64,000 nucleotides of DNA. Source: Camelus dromedarius (taxonomy: Eukaryota). The notes beneath the pieces are model-generated. The model saw only the letters and a list, made by a program, of their open reading frames with translations. It did not search any database and was not told where the DNA came from. The stretch spans positions 84,508,001 to 84,572,000 of the forward strand of contig NC_087437.1 of NCBI RefSeq assembly GCF_036321535.1, given 5' to 3'. Below, in pieces: positions 63,530 to 64,000 of the stretch. Position numbers and translations under genes: made by a program. Numbering within the stretch: the first letter of the stretch is position 1; each line of letters starts with the position of its first letter.

Positions 63530-63890
63530 TGGAATATAAATTTTTCAGCTTTCTTGCAACATAGTGTGAACATTTGAGTATTTCTGGCCAACAGGCTGTA
63601 AAAAAATTAGTAGACATCATTTCTAGGGTGAATTATAAAACAGTAGTTGAGATCTTATCATATTCTCTTTTCCCAAGTTGCAGGAGATGGCAGTCATATT
63701 GTTGAATCCCAGTCACCCTGGATTTATGAGTAGCTACTTACAGCATTGCCCCCAGTTGTCCAACTCTCTTGCATTGGACATTTGGTGTATATGAAAGATA
63801 AAAACAAACAACTTTTGTTAATTTAAGACATTGAGATTTTGGATTGTTAATTTTTCTGGCAGTGAAACTAGAATGTCGTGATTAATATAA
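63530..63890 (+). mobile_element. MLT1 LTR
   Basis: 'ttcagctttcttgcaacatagtgtgaacat', 'tgttaatttaagacattgagattttggattgtt'. Confidence 0.65.
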
Positions 63891-64000
63891 CTTGGAACAG
63901 ATGAAACTTTAAGTTTTATTATTTTTTTTATTTATCTCTGAAATCATAGAATAAAGGACTTTTGAATATAATACTATCTTGCATCCAGTTTGTTTCTGGT

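Overview
AT-rich, CpG-depleted mammalian genomic DNA, most likely from a camelid (alpaca, llama or camel). The basis is two copies of a tRNA-derived SINE that match the camelid Vic-1 pattern as I recall it, plus young L1 3' ends. I found no credible protein-coding gene, RNA gene or CRISPR array. The ORF-track entries are short, low-complexity or L1-derived. Much of the window is interspersed repeat: old and young L1, HAL1, L2, MIR, ERV1 and MaLR solo LTRs, DNA-transposon MITEs (MER3-, MER94- and MER8/Tigger2-like) and microsatellites. Most L1 and ERV1 LTR sequence lies on the minus strand, which would fit an intron of a long plus-strand transcription unit (inference). The most notable observations are: a polyadenylated MER21 LTR retrocopy carrying a micro-inversion; a twin-primed, 5'-inverted L1; a near full-span ancient L1; an L1 ORF2 fragment lacking its 3' end; an unclassified element at 1-810 with LINE-like peptide motifs; and several plus-strand cryptic, micro- or recursive exon candidates. 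I cannot support a genuinely novel biological system from this sequence alone. Repeat family names come from remembered consensus motifs, not from a database search, and boundaries are approximate.
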